A DNA stretch of 58,280 nucleotides, filler included, from Piptocephalis cylindrospora (Eukaryota): the NCBI GenBank assembly GCA_003614145.1. It is 3 parts of 3 records of this genome, joined end to end, with 100 filler letters (N's around TTAATTAATTAA, not from the genome) between each part and the next. Parts side by side here need not be neighbours in the genome. Positions count along the whole stretch, not along the records: positions 19,598 to 38,917 come from KZ987822.1; 2 more parts are not named here. The stretch is one strand, 5' to 3'. The translations under genes were made by a program, and so were the position numbers. The notes beneath the pieces are model-generated. The model searched no databases and was not told the origin of the DNA. It worked only from the letters and a program-made list of their open reading frames with translations. Below are positions 22,945 to 34,306 of this stretch, piece after piece. Position 1 is the stretch's first letter, and the number at the start of each line of letters is the position of its first letter.

Positions 22945-23474
22945 ATCATTGATGTGTATGTGTGTGTCATGACGATGGTTCCCAGGTGGTACCCCCCTTC
23001 TTGTGTCTTGTCATCTCTTTACCGGGTATCCAAATGGGGCTTGACCATCCAACTTTGCGCCAAGTGTGCCTTGCTATCTGCGCGATCGAGTGTTCAAAGC
23101 ACTCGTCAAATCCTACTCCCTCCTCCACCTCCCCCCTCCCCCCCTTTTCTTATAGATACGCCTGTTAAAACCCTTTAGCCCGACTTGTGTAACTCACTTT
23201 GAGGCGGCAAGAGGCCATGCGGGAGAGAAGAGGCCACTCAACATTGTATTTCCCAATCATATCTTCATTCCATCCACCAACGAGCCTTGCAAGCATACGC
23301 ACACAAAAAGGTTCCCGATCCTCATTCTCAATGCCCAAGACCCCCCTTTGCCATGGCACACACACACACGCACACACACAGAGAGAGAGAGAGGGAGGGA
23401 GAGACAGACAGATAGGTAGAGATGATGAGATACGGCCACCGTCAATCAATCCATTCCACACGACAGTCGGTTGT

Positions 23475-25729
23475 TTAGTCGGTCAGAGCACGGAAACGCT
23501 CCTCCATCTCCTTGGCCAAGTCGGCGTACCGGGATCTGAGGGTCTCCTCTCCATCGGCGGGATCCTCGAACTTCATGGAGGTGAGCTTGTACATGATGTC
23601 ACCCATGCCGTCCCGGATCTTGGCCCAAGTAACATCGCCATTGGAGGATTCGATGGCACGAAGGGCGTGTTGGTAGAAGCCCATCATGTTACGGAGCATC
23701 CAGGTAGTCTTGTAGAAGGGGCAGAAACGATCGTAGTTGGAGTAACCATTTTGCTGGAGGAAATCATCCTTGACGAGACGGGCCACCTCAAGGGTCACCT
23801 TATCGGCTTCGTTAAGTCCACTCTTCCCGACCAATTGGACGATTTCCGCAAGATCCTCCTCGGACTGAAGAATCTGTCGGCACTGAGTACGAAGGGCGAC
23901 GAACTCGGGCTCAGTCTTTTCGTAATGGGGGTCCAGGGCCTTTTCGTACTTGGAGTAGGAGAGGGACCAATTGACCGAGGGGAAATGTTTCCTCTGGGCC
24001 AATTTCTTATCCAGACCCCAGAAGACCTGAACAATACCGAGGGTGGAGGCCGTGACGGGGTCGGAGAAATCACCACCTGGAGGGGAGACACTAATATAGA
24101 GGGAGGGAAGGGTTCATCACTCATGTCACCACCATCATGGAAAGAAGAGTAGAAAACTTACGCTCCGACAATGGTGACACTTCCATCCCTGGATGGGTTA
24201 CCTAGGCACTTGACCTTACCAGCCCTCTCGTAGAAGGAAGCAAGACGAGCACCAAGGTAAGCAGGATAACCAGAGTCTGTGGGATACCAGTGTGAGTGGA
24301 GATGAGGACAACAGGGAGTAAAAGCACCTACCAGCAGGCATCTCGGCCAATCGACCGGAAAGTTCACGAAGAGCCTCAGCCCACCGAGAGGTAGAATCGG
24401 CCATCATGGCCACGTCCTTGCCCTGATCACGGAAGTACTCGGAGAGGGTGATACCAGTGTAGATGGAGGCCTCACGGGCAGCGACGGGCATATTGGAGGT
24501 GTTAGCGACGAGGGTGGTACGCTTCATGATGGACTCTTGACGGCCTTCAATCTCGGTAGTGAGGGAGGGAAAGTCCATGAGGACCTCGGCCATCTCATTT
24601 CCACGTTCACCGCACCCGACATAGATAATGCAGTCGGAGTTGGAGTACTTGGAGAGGGACTGGGAAATGACGGTCTTGCCACAGCCAAAAGCTCCGGGGA
24701 TGGCGGTGGTCCCGCCCTGGACACAGGGGAAGAGGGCGTCGAGGACACGTTGACCGGTGAGGAGAGGGTAATTAGCAGAGAGCTTTTCGGCGACGGGACG
24801 CGGGCTCCGGACAGGCCAGTACTGAAGCATGGTGTAGGAGGAGCGTTCACCGTTAAATTCCACCTCGATCATGGCGTCCTGGATGGTGTAGTTGCCCTTG
24901 GGGGCAATGTAAGTGATGGTACCGGCGGCCTTGGGGGGCAGGAGGATCTTGTGCTGACTGATCAGAGAGTTCTCAAAGACGACACCGTAGACGTCACCAC
25001 CGGTGATGTGGTCTCCGACCTTGAAGTTCAAGGGGGTAAATTCCCAGGAGGTCTGACGGTCCAGGGCCTCAGTGGCAATACCACGAGGGATGTAGATGGA
25101 TTCGGAGATGTCCTGAATGGCCTTGAGAGGACGCTGGATTCCGTCAAAGATGTTGCTCATGAGACCTGGGAGGGGATAGGATGGAGTGTGTGAGTGGGAT
25201 GGGAGGGTTTAATGGAATACAATGCGTTTCGCGCCCTCGACCAACGTACCGGGACCAAGCTCGACGGAAAGAGGCTTTCCGGACCGAAGGACGGGATCAC
25301 CGATGGTAAGGCCCGAGGTCTCCTCGTAGACCTGGATGGTGGCCTTGTCCTTGTCGAGACGAATGACCTCGCCGACTAATTCGTCGTGTCCAACACGGAC
25401 CAGTTCGTACATGGCTGAGCCGACCATCTTTTCAGCGATGACGACTGAGAGGATATGTGTGGGGAGGAGAAGAAGGTGAGAGGAGAAGAGAGGCAAACGA
25501 GTCAACAAGTCCCCCTATCACGTGAACTTACCAGGACCAGAGACGGAAAAGACATAACCAAAGTCACTTTCCCGTTCGTGGTCACGGATCTTGGGGAGAT
25601 CCCTATGGGCGTTTTCCAGAGCTCCGGCCTATGAGGGAGTAAGGAAGAGGAGAGAGAGAGAGAGAGAGGGAAAGAGGAGGGTGAGGGCAAGGGATATCAG
25701 GAAGCTTCGAGGGTCAGGATACTTACCAT
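23475..25729 (-). CDS. VMA1: V-type H+-ATPase catalytic subunit A, no intein
   Basis: Walker [83 protein letters not shown] at 25729-25727 directly followed by GTAAGT; multiple short introns. Confidence 0.98.
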
Positions 25730-28700
25730 GATATCAAGAAACGTTCAAGAGTGGAATGTGAGAGAGAAAGTGGAAGCTGAGGGAGAAGGAGTGAAGAGAT
25801 GGAGGGAAGAGACAGCAGTAGGGCGGGTAGGGGAGGATGAGACGGGGAATCTGGGGAATCTGGGCAATGTAGGGTGGGGAGGGGCGCAATGGCAGCAAGA
25901 TGGAAATCAAGCAATGTAGGACAAGAGGGAACGAGAAGGAACGGAATGGAGAGAAGGGAGGAGAGAGGAGGGTGGAGTGGGGTGTGGGAAGGGAAGGATA
26001 GGATAGGCAGAGGAGAGGAAGAAAGGAAAGGGCCACATCCAAATCAGGGACCCATGATGCCGCATGGGATTCCTGAAAGGACGATGGGTCTCCACAGATG
26101 TAGGGAGAGGCAGATAGGAGGGAGGGAAGCATAGAGCATAGACACTAGAATGGGCGGAGATAGAAAGCACAGTCTGACAGGCGGGGATTGGAGGGGAAGT
26201 GAATGCATGCTCGTCGGAGCTGAGGGTGGGACGTGAAGGGTACACGGCGGGGAAAGGGGGTTTGAGAATCCGACGCCTCGGCTGAGTTTTAATCTATCTT
26301 TGACAGATGTGGCAGGAGAGGAGGGTGGGCTAACCAATACTTATAGTTAAAGGGTGTGAGGTGAGGGGAAAAAGGAAGATCGGCGCTAGTAAGGAGACGT
26401 GGGAGGGGCGGGAGATGGCCTCATGGGGCGTGCCAAATGGGAGCTGACAGACAACTAGATACACGCCCCATATCTACATGGGATCTGGGGACATGGACAG
26501 GGTAGAGGACTGATTTTCCATTTTGCATGCGAGGAGATATGCTCAGATGTTGGTAACAAGGGTCCATTTCCTGTAGGGACTAGTACAATAAGTGAAAGAG
26601 AGGAGGATGATACAGATGACTGAGAGGTACATGATAGGTGGACCAGACATGGGAAGTCATTCAGGGATCAGACTGTGTATAGATGAATCAAAATTAGGAA
26701 GGTGGGAAAAGATTATGTCTGGGGGTTGACGTCATGAACGGGAAGGACGTGGGGATGGTCTAAGAGAGGGAAGGGGCAGGAAGAGTGTGATGAGTTTGTG
26801 TGAATGATCTCACCTGAAGAGAGTGGAGCTAAGGTAGAAAGTATAGGGCATGGTAGGGGACATATCTTTTCCTATCATTCATCTGGTGGTTCATGCGGGA
26901 AGGGCAACCCATGTATCTTTCGTCCGATCTGAGAGATGTATGCGTGATTGATGTGTGCGACTGTGGAGGGAGCACCAGTGGGAAAGGAGGGGGTGTAAGC
27001 CTTGAACCCTAGCTGTATCCCTTCCGTTTCCCAGAAAGTCCATGATTCTACTTGCCCTTGATCCACGGTAACACCGGTAATCACAGCGTCTTTTCGTATT
27101 ATTAGGTCTCATAACTGATTGACTTTGACGTTGCCGGTGGCTTGAATAGCACAGTGGGCGATTTATAGTATTCTTATATTCTAATTTGAAAAAAGTAACC
27201 GAAGCAACACAATGGTATTACAGCATATATGAATGGTTCAGTACGTTCATTAAAATTATATTGTTCGTCTATCGATAAGGGTATCATATTTAAGCAAGTC
27301 TCTATGGCTTTTAGTAATGCGAGGGTTGAATAGAATGTCCTTGAAGAGATGGAGGGGATGATGGTATATCTACGTGTATTATACAACGGTGGGAGTACGA
27401 TGATTCGGGACATTTCTTATAACTATTCCACTATACTATATAGTACGGGATAAACGGGAAAGCGTTGGATGCGAAATGCTCGTGAGACAGCCATACGTGA
27501 TTAAGGATGGGGATTGTAGTGATCTTTAGTCACCCCTATGGAGACCGGTACTAGACTGGTACTAGACTCTGGGATAGGTGGTGTGTGTGTGTTGGTGTGA
27601 GGTCACGACTGTGGAATAAAGGTCTCTTCTGCCCACTTCTCCTTTTACATGGCTACTCTAGTGTATTATTAGGAAGACGAAGATTCTAGTGGACCTTGGC
27701 TCCTATTGAGTCAATGGCCCTACAGGGATCATCCTTACTGAGCCACCATACTAATTGCTACTCTTGAAACGGTGAGCCACGTAAGATAAAGCCTCTCTTG
27801 CCCTATGGTAATACTGGATGTAATGGCTAGTAAAGGAGGGACTTAAAGTAAAAAGGCGCTATGTTGTCATGATTAGTTTCCGACAATATGTCTCTTGAGG
27901 TTGATCCAGGGCCAGTTTATTCGTTGCCGAGATTCACTATCCTTATGACAAGAATCAACCGCTCCTACCATCTACATATTGATGGCTGTAGAGAATGGCC
28001 GAGGCAAGCCCATTAAAAATGTCGAGCTATTTTTCTTCAAATAACTACTAGATTGACTCTAAACAGAAGCATAGAAGATGATGAAAATTGAATTATCATT
28101 CTTATCGCGTCTAAGATTACTTCCTAAAGCATAATTTGGGGCAAGTTTAGCGTCTTGGAACGCGCTGTATTGAATGGTCGATGGTTGGGGGATAGGTTGT
28201 AGGGAATTGACACCATTGTGTACAGCTGCGATATTGTATATTGTACTAGGCAAACGGATGCGTGGATTGGATGTGAAGCGTATAAATATGCTGCCTTGAG
28301 TGAAAGATGATTTGGGGGTAGATTCAACAACGAAAGGAGCTCGAGAGCTACCATTACTATTGGAGGCTGCGACACCGGCAATTCCCTTACCAGGATGGAG
28401 CCTTGAAATAGATCGATTGAGCTAAGGGACGCTGGAAGCGGATGCTGGGGTTTCCAGGGGCTTGAGCCGGAATGAGGGGTGCTTGCTTTTTGTCTTCATT
28501 GAAGGGATAGAGGAAATAAACCATGAAAGAGAGGGGGCATATGTCAAGTCACTTGTCCTTCCAGCCCATGCATCACCATTCCACGCGAGAATACTCTCGT
28601 TGCATTAATGGATAAATTTATAATGATTGCAGGAAAATTATATCTTGGGGGAAGCATCAGGTATTAGCACACAGTCATTGAATTTTTGGGTTGAGGTTCT

Positions 28701-29357
28701 TGCCTACCATGTTGCATTCATAACCCCACCAACACGCTAGACACGATGTGACGTTAGTTGGCTGGTACGAAGCGGAGTGTCGGAGTTATCGAGCACTTAT
28801 GTCAGGTGTAAGGCGGAATGAGTTTTAGGGATGAAAGAGCTTTGTGTTTTCATCTATGGAAGGGTGGACTTGAGGATAGTGTAACCTAATCAGGGTGTCA
28901 ATGTGCTCATAATTAGAAGACCATGCCCTAGAGACACTAGATATGTACCTTGGTGCTTCTGAGAGAAGGGCTCATCCTGACGCTGAGGCCTTACTAGAAG
29001 ACCATGGAATTGGACACATCACGTAAGAGCGTATGGCATAAGCCTTTACGGCGAATTGCCTAACCACATGTGTGGGACCACTGTTCATCATTGATTACAA
29101 ACCATTTGAAACTTGTTGGAGAAGCTAGATCTGCTCTGACCTAGTCGTTCATCCTAGGTCTTATGGGCTCGGGTAAAGAATCATCTATGAACAGCATATC
29201 CATGTTCATCCAGTTTAAGCCCAATTCCCATCATAGACAGATGCTGCTATGATTGTTCTCTGAGGAAAAGGCAGACACCGCATCTTCATCCTCACTCCAG
29301 AACAGCTCATCTTTAGAGGGCCCATCCATATTCGCACCTGGTATGGGACATGACTAA

Positions 29358-30701
29358 CTAGGCCTCGGCCTCGATCACCTCGAATCGCCGACCTCGAATG
29401 CCATACAGACCCCAGTTATCCCAGCCAATTTCGGAAAGATCCGTGGGGTTAACATCGGGCTTGAGGCATCGGAAGATGGATTCAGTGGGGTGCATTAGCC
29501 ACTCGACATCCATACCCTGGATGATATCCTTGACTTCCTGGACATCCCGTTCCACATCCTCAGGGGAGTAGCCGGTGAAGAAGATGGGGCACTTGGTGTC
29601 GACCATGCTACGGATCGCGCCCTCCCACACATCCCGGGACCCAGGGTATCCGATGCCAGGGGAAAAGAGGAAGAAGAGGTCGCGGTACGGGTCAAAGGGA
29701 GTGAGGTGAGGGGTGACTTCCTGGAGGAGCTTGTCAGTCAAGGTAATGGAGAGCCCGGAGCTAAAGGTCCTCCGGCCCGGGGCCTGACCAGGCGGGACGG
29801 CCTGGGGACCAATGAGGTGAAGGTGGAAGGGAGTACGGGGGAAGAGGTGGGAGAGCTGAGCCCAGACCGAAGGGGGAAGATAGCCTTCAGCCCGGGATCC
29901 GACAATAAAGATACGGACGGGTTCTCTTCGGGTCAAGCGATCCTGGGAGGTAATTTGGTTTTGCTGGGCCAAAGTGGATCGGATGGCGGCGAGGGCCTGA
30001 GTACCTGCCGGAGTCAAGTCGCGACCGGGGCGATAGGGCGATGCAGGATGAAGTAGAGAGGCAATGGTGATAGGGAAGGTGAGGAGTTTGGTGACGTGGC
30101 CGGCGGACCTCTCTGAATCGAGGTGTTGAAAGCGACGGGTGTAGAAAAAGGTGTCCCAATTGGCAAAATTGATCGCCTCATCATAGTGCTGAGGTCCAGG
30201 AAAGTCAAACTCTGGGAAGGTGCGGCCAGAGCGCAGATCGTGCTCATCCTCGTTGGCGCGTCGAAGGGCCGGGCAAAGGAGAGCATGGTCAACTTGGTCC
30301 TCCCGCCAATGCTCCTCAGAACAGTGGGTGGGATGACCGCAGTCGGGACACTCAAAGGCCGGAGCCACCCGCTCCTTCCCCCCCGACTTGGCTGTGCATA
30401 CCGGGCAATGGCTATGCTCCTTGATGAGCTTGGCGCGTTCACGTACCTCTGGGATAGGAGATTGTGATAGGGGGTGAAAAAGATCATCGGACTGGACTAG
30501 GAGGGGGGCAGAAGGCTCTGCATCCTTGATGGCCCCTTCTTTTCGCGTGAACCAGGACACGAGGGAGAAGGCGCGTTGTGGTGTCTGGTTTAAGGGACGG
30601 GGTATGAGGGTACGGGACGCCATGACACGGTGGACCTGACTGGTGTGTCTGACTAGTCGTCCCGCCGACAACTGGACGGTATAAAGGGCTCTGAGGGTCA
30701 T
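29358..30701 (-). CDS. MSS51: Mitochondrial COX1 translational activator/assembly factor Mss51
   Basis: Basic presequence-like N-terminus, LFHPLSQSPIPEVR, CPVC..FECPDCGHPTHCSEEHW, NEDEHDLRSGR.FPEF.FP, NWDTFFYTR.F. Confidence 0.93.
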   Translation of the reverse strand: MTLRALYTVQLSAGRLVRHTSQVHRVMASRTLIPRPLNQTPQRAFSLVSWFTRKEGAIKDAEPSAPLLVQSDDLFHPLSQSPIPEVRERAKLIKEHSHCPVCTAKSGGKERVAPAFECPDCGHPTHCSEEHWREDQVDHALLCPALRRANEDEHDLRSGRTFPEFDFPGPQHYDEAINFANWDTFFYTRRFQHLDSERSAGHVTKLLTFPITIASLLHPASPYRPGRDLTPAGTQALAAIRSTLAQQNQITSQDRLTRREPVRIFIVGSRAEGYLPPSVWAQLSHLFPRTPFHLHLIGPQAVPPGQAPGRRTFSSGLSITLTDKLLQEVTPHLTPFDPYRDLFFLFSPGIGYPGSRDVWEGAIRSMVDTKCPIFFTGYSPEDVERDVQEVKDIIQGMDVEWLMHPTESIFRCLKPDVNPTDLSEIGWDNWGLYGIRGRRFEVIEAEA

Positions 30702-31185
30702 CCCTACCTATTATATTTTGATCGGGCCGGATGGGATGCAGGGGGGAAGGGGGGGGGAGAAGGCGATGATAGAGAGGCAAAGGCAAGTGAAGAATGGGTG
30801 AGGAAGGGCTTGGGGAGAGGACTTTTTACTCTAACCTCCTATCTCGTAGTGCGAGGGTCACAGCTGTTGTGGCTATAGGGAAATAGCGGGGGTGGGGGAA
30901 TAGCTGGTTGATATCAGGGTGGAGAGAACACTGCACATGTATCGGAGGGGAACGGAGGGAAGGACTGAACTTGAACCAGGTTGTGAGCATGGTCGACCTG
31001 AGCGGTTGTATTTGGGTGCTGATAGATTCGATCGCAGGGTCCAAGGAGAATTGGTAAGATAGAAAGCATTACATACAATGTACTCAATAAAAACAGGCTG
31101 GATAAGACTATGGATCACATTTTTTATGGACGAAAAAATGGAGGAAGAGGAAGACTGGTTGCTGTATCATTCAAGTAGGATCATG

Positions 31186-31668
31186 CTACTGCAAGACCCC
31201 GCCGTCGAAGAGGTTAGTACGCCCTCCATAAAGCTTACCAGGACGATGGCTGTCAATACACTTGCCCACGTAATGACAGACACGGGGGTCATACGCACAT
31301 TTAGTACCCTGCCCACAGGGATTTCCAGGACAGAAGGCAGGAGCACCCGGAGGAGGAACGTAATTCATAGTACACATAACTGGACCGTTAGCTACACCGT
31401 TACTTTCTGGGTCATAGATGCATTGGGTGTTTTCTTTGTTAGGCTTGGTACCGGTACCACAGATAGCCTTGTCCAGGGTCCCATGATCTTCATTTCTCGA
31501 TGTGGAAGAGGCAGGGCAGGGTGCGGTGACGGTGACAGTGGTGGTGGCGGTGGCCGACACAGTCCTGTACAGGGTCACTGTAGGGGAAAGCAAAGAAGCG
31601 TGGACGGTAAGGGTGGTGGCTCCTAGGGCCAAGAGAGAGAGGATATTTAAGGAAGGAGCGAGCTGCAT
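31186..31668 (-). CDS. Small secreted cysteine-rich protein (160 aa)
   Basis: Hydrophobic signal-peptide-like N-terminus, Thr-rich stalk, 9 Cys; TATATAA about 130 bp upstream near 31800. Confidence 0.75.
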   Translation of the reverse strand: MQLAPSLNILSLLALGATTLTVHASLLSPTVTLYRTVSATATTTVTVTAPCPASSTSRNEDHGTLDKAICGTGTKPNKENTQCIYDPESNGVANGPVMCTMNYVPPPGAPAFCPGNPCGQGTKCAYDPRVCHYVGKCIDSHRPGKLYGGRTNLFDGGVLQ

Positions 31669-32580
31669 GGTTGGCTAAGGGACTTTGGCGGATGGATATA
31701 GGAATGGTTGCGCCAGGCAATCAAGAAAGGATGAGAAGTGAGAGAGAGGGAGGGAAAGGGTGGGAGAAAGGGTGGGAGAGAAGAAAGCCATTTCCGTTTA
31801 TATAAAGATTCTAATAGTGAGAATGCTAGGAGGTATTAGCATATTTTAAAGCTCCACAAGATGGAAGGGTCACGTAGAAGGATCTTGGTTTGAGATCCTG
31901 AAACTCAATTCTCATATCTCATTGGAGTACTTTGGAGGCAAGGAGATCCATTTCACATCACCAAACTTCTCTTCCTCTTTTCAAGTCCGCTTCTCACAAG
32001 ATTAGAATCCTTTGAATGTGAAAGAGGGCAGACTGGAGGAAATTCACTCGTATTGGGGATAGTTCACAATACGAGAGGATGGTATAACCCTTGTCCCACA
32101 TGCATTATAATAGCTGTGCTGGTAGTGATAAAATAGGATGAGGGAAGAATGGTACTCTGAGGCATCGATTCATTCTTCTGTCCTTTGTTTTTACAGGGGG
32201 AGGGAAGCTGTCCACCGCTTGAGCTCAATTCTAATTTGTTACTTTATACTGTGTTGTGTTACAGTACATAGTATTGAACCTGTGAGATGGAGGGACACAC
32301 AAAAACACACAGACACTCTACTCCTTGATTGTGCTCTTCAGCCTCCCTGCTGTCAACTTCATACCCTCACACTACCGTTTCCAGCGCACGAGTATTTATA
32401 AAAAATACACTCTTTTTCACAGACTTTTCCCTCCAGTCACCAGGACTGGAAGTGTAGCTCAGCCCATCTCCCCTGAGCTGGGGGAGACAAGAAAGTGATA
32501 CGCCCAGCACTGCCTGTGCGCCTTTCTTCTCAGCAACCCCTCCTCCTCTTCATTATCTCTGCTGAAACCGAGCCACCATT

Positions 32581-34098
32581 ATGAAGCACCCAAGTCATCC
32601 ACTTTCCCTGCCAAGAGGCCCTGCTGGGGATAGAGGCCAGGGAGGAAGATACAGACGAGGAGGCGGTGGGTATCCAGCCGGTCAGGGAATGACACCTCGG
32701 GGTGGAGGAAAGCCATATTATCGCTATAACCATCCAGGAGGATCACCGTATCCGCAGCATCCTCAGCATAATCGACCAGGAGGTCCGTCGATCAGCAACA
32801 ATAGTAGCAATAAGGGAACTATACCACATAGACCCCCACCCAGACCCAAGGGTCTTCAACCTTTTGATCCTCGACCCTCCCTTGACCTCCCACTGACTCA
32901 GGCTACCCTAGGGGATTACACGGTAACCCCAGGGCCTGAGAATTTTATACCTCAGCTAACCCTTCACTTTATATCCTCAGCCTCCACTCCGTCAATACCA
33001 GTGGATTCACTTTCCTTAGTTCTGGAGGGGGGGAGTATGTGCTTACGTGTCCTTGCCACCGATATCCGTCGCATAACCCTCCTACCCGAGGAGGGAGCTC
33101 TGGAGGTACAGACCAATGGCAAGGCCCAGATCGATGTCCGAGTGGACGGGGCATGGGTATTTGTGGATGATCCATCGCTCCAGGGGCAATTTCAGGACAT
33201 TGAACGGATTCACTGCACCCTGGACACCACTCGACCCCATCTTCCCCTCAGTCGGATCCGAGAGTATGTTCACCGATGGTCTCATCCTACATCGGCCTTT
33301 CGCCTAGCCCTTCCTGGCCCTGTTGGAGGGGGTGGTGGCGGGGGTTCTCGGGGTAAGGGGGAGACGGGTAATATGAGCTATGGGCCTGCACCTAACCTGG
33401 AGGATCGATTGAATGAATGGGCCTACCTCTCCACCCCGGCCGATAGATCCGAAGAGAGAAGGGCATGGGTGGAATCGAGGTTGGGGGAGGATAAGTGGTT
33501 GTTGAGGCTATTGGTTGCATCCTGTCAATTGGACAAGACCATGGAACCGGCCCTTAGGGCCCTGAGTTCCTTGGTCATGGATCTGGCTGTAGAGTCAGAG
33601 ATGGAGACTCCTTTAGCCATCCGACTCCTTCCCGTGGCCTCTCTAATCCCTGAACATATCCTATTCCGACACATTACGTTTCTCTGGGAAGAGCACCGGG
33701 TCATGTCTACCGCTGACCTTGCTAGAGGTGGTAAGAGAAGAGTGGAGGATGAGGTGAATGATGAGGGAGAGAAGCGGGGAAGGAAGTCAGAGGACGAGGA
33801 AGATGCAAAGGTGGAGGATGAAAAGGAGGATGAGAAGGAAGGCGAAAAGGTGAAGGAAGAGAGGAAGGTAGATGGAGAGATAGATGAAGAAAAGGTGGAT
33901 GAAGAGGTGGAAGAGTTAGAGATGGATGAAGAAAAGGGAAAGATAGAGGTAGAGGTAGAGGTAGAGACAGAAAAGGTGGAGAGGAGTACGCCGGGATCTT
34001 TGGAGGAGACTGAAGAAGAGGAGACGGTTGTTCAGGTTTATACCGTGAATACTGATGGGCAAGAGGAGGAAGGTGATGATGGTAAAGAGGATCAATAG
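32581..34098 (+). CDS. Uncharacterised protein (505 aa): RGG/Y-rich N-terminus, beta-rich middle, helical domain, acidic tail
   Basis: Long intronless ORF with TATAAA at ~32397. The middle (DSLSLVLEGG..LRVLATDIRRITL..EEGALEV; LDTTRP; PAPNLEDRLNEW) resembles a fungal family of unknown function as recalled. Confidence 0.75.
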   Translation: MKHPSHPLSLPRGPAGDRGQGGRYRRGGGGYPAGQGMTPRGGGKPYYRYNHPGGSPYPQHPQHNRPGGPSISNNSSNKGTIPHRPPPRPKGLQPFDPRPSLDLPLTQATLGDYTVTPGPENFIPQLTLHFISSASTPSIPVDSLSLVLEGGSMCLRVLATDIRRITLLPEEGALEVQTNGKAQIDVRVDGAWVFVDDPSLQGQFQDIERIHCTLDTTRPHLPLSRIREYVHRWSHPTSAFRLALPGPVGGGGGGGSRGKGETGNMSYGPAPNLEDRLNEWAYLSTPADRSEERRAWVESRLGEDKWLLRLLVASCQLDKTMEPALRALSSLVMDLAVESEMETPLAIRLLPVASLIPEHILFRHITFLWEEHRVMSTADLARGGKRRVEDEVNDEGEKRGRKSEDEEDAKVEDEKEDEKEGEKVKEERKVDGEIDEEKVDEEVEELEMDEEKGKIEVEVEVETEKVERSTPGSLEETEEEETVVQVYTVNTDGQEEEGDDGKEDQ

Positions 34099-34306
34099 AA
34101 ACAGAGAGTGAGAGAGTGAGTGGAGAGAGAGTGAGGGGGGAAAAGAGAAAGATAATGTATCGCAGTCTCCTATCCATATCACCGTACATCACATTTTTCT
34201 TCTCACCTGTCCCATCCTCTTTCTTCCCCACGCACCCCATCCTATACACGCACACGCTCTTCCTACCATGGCCAAAGAGGGAAAGACGGGAAGAAAAGCA
34301 TCCGAA

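Noticed and set aside
24590..24640. Possible VDE-type intein in VMA1
   Set aside because: The insertion site [13 protein letters not shown] is uninterrupted.
23199..25193. Long antisense ORFs opposite VMA1 (317 aa, 218 aa), and similar ones opposite SPT6, LAP3 and JEN1
   Set aside because: Expected shadow ORFs from biased codon usage; no independent features.
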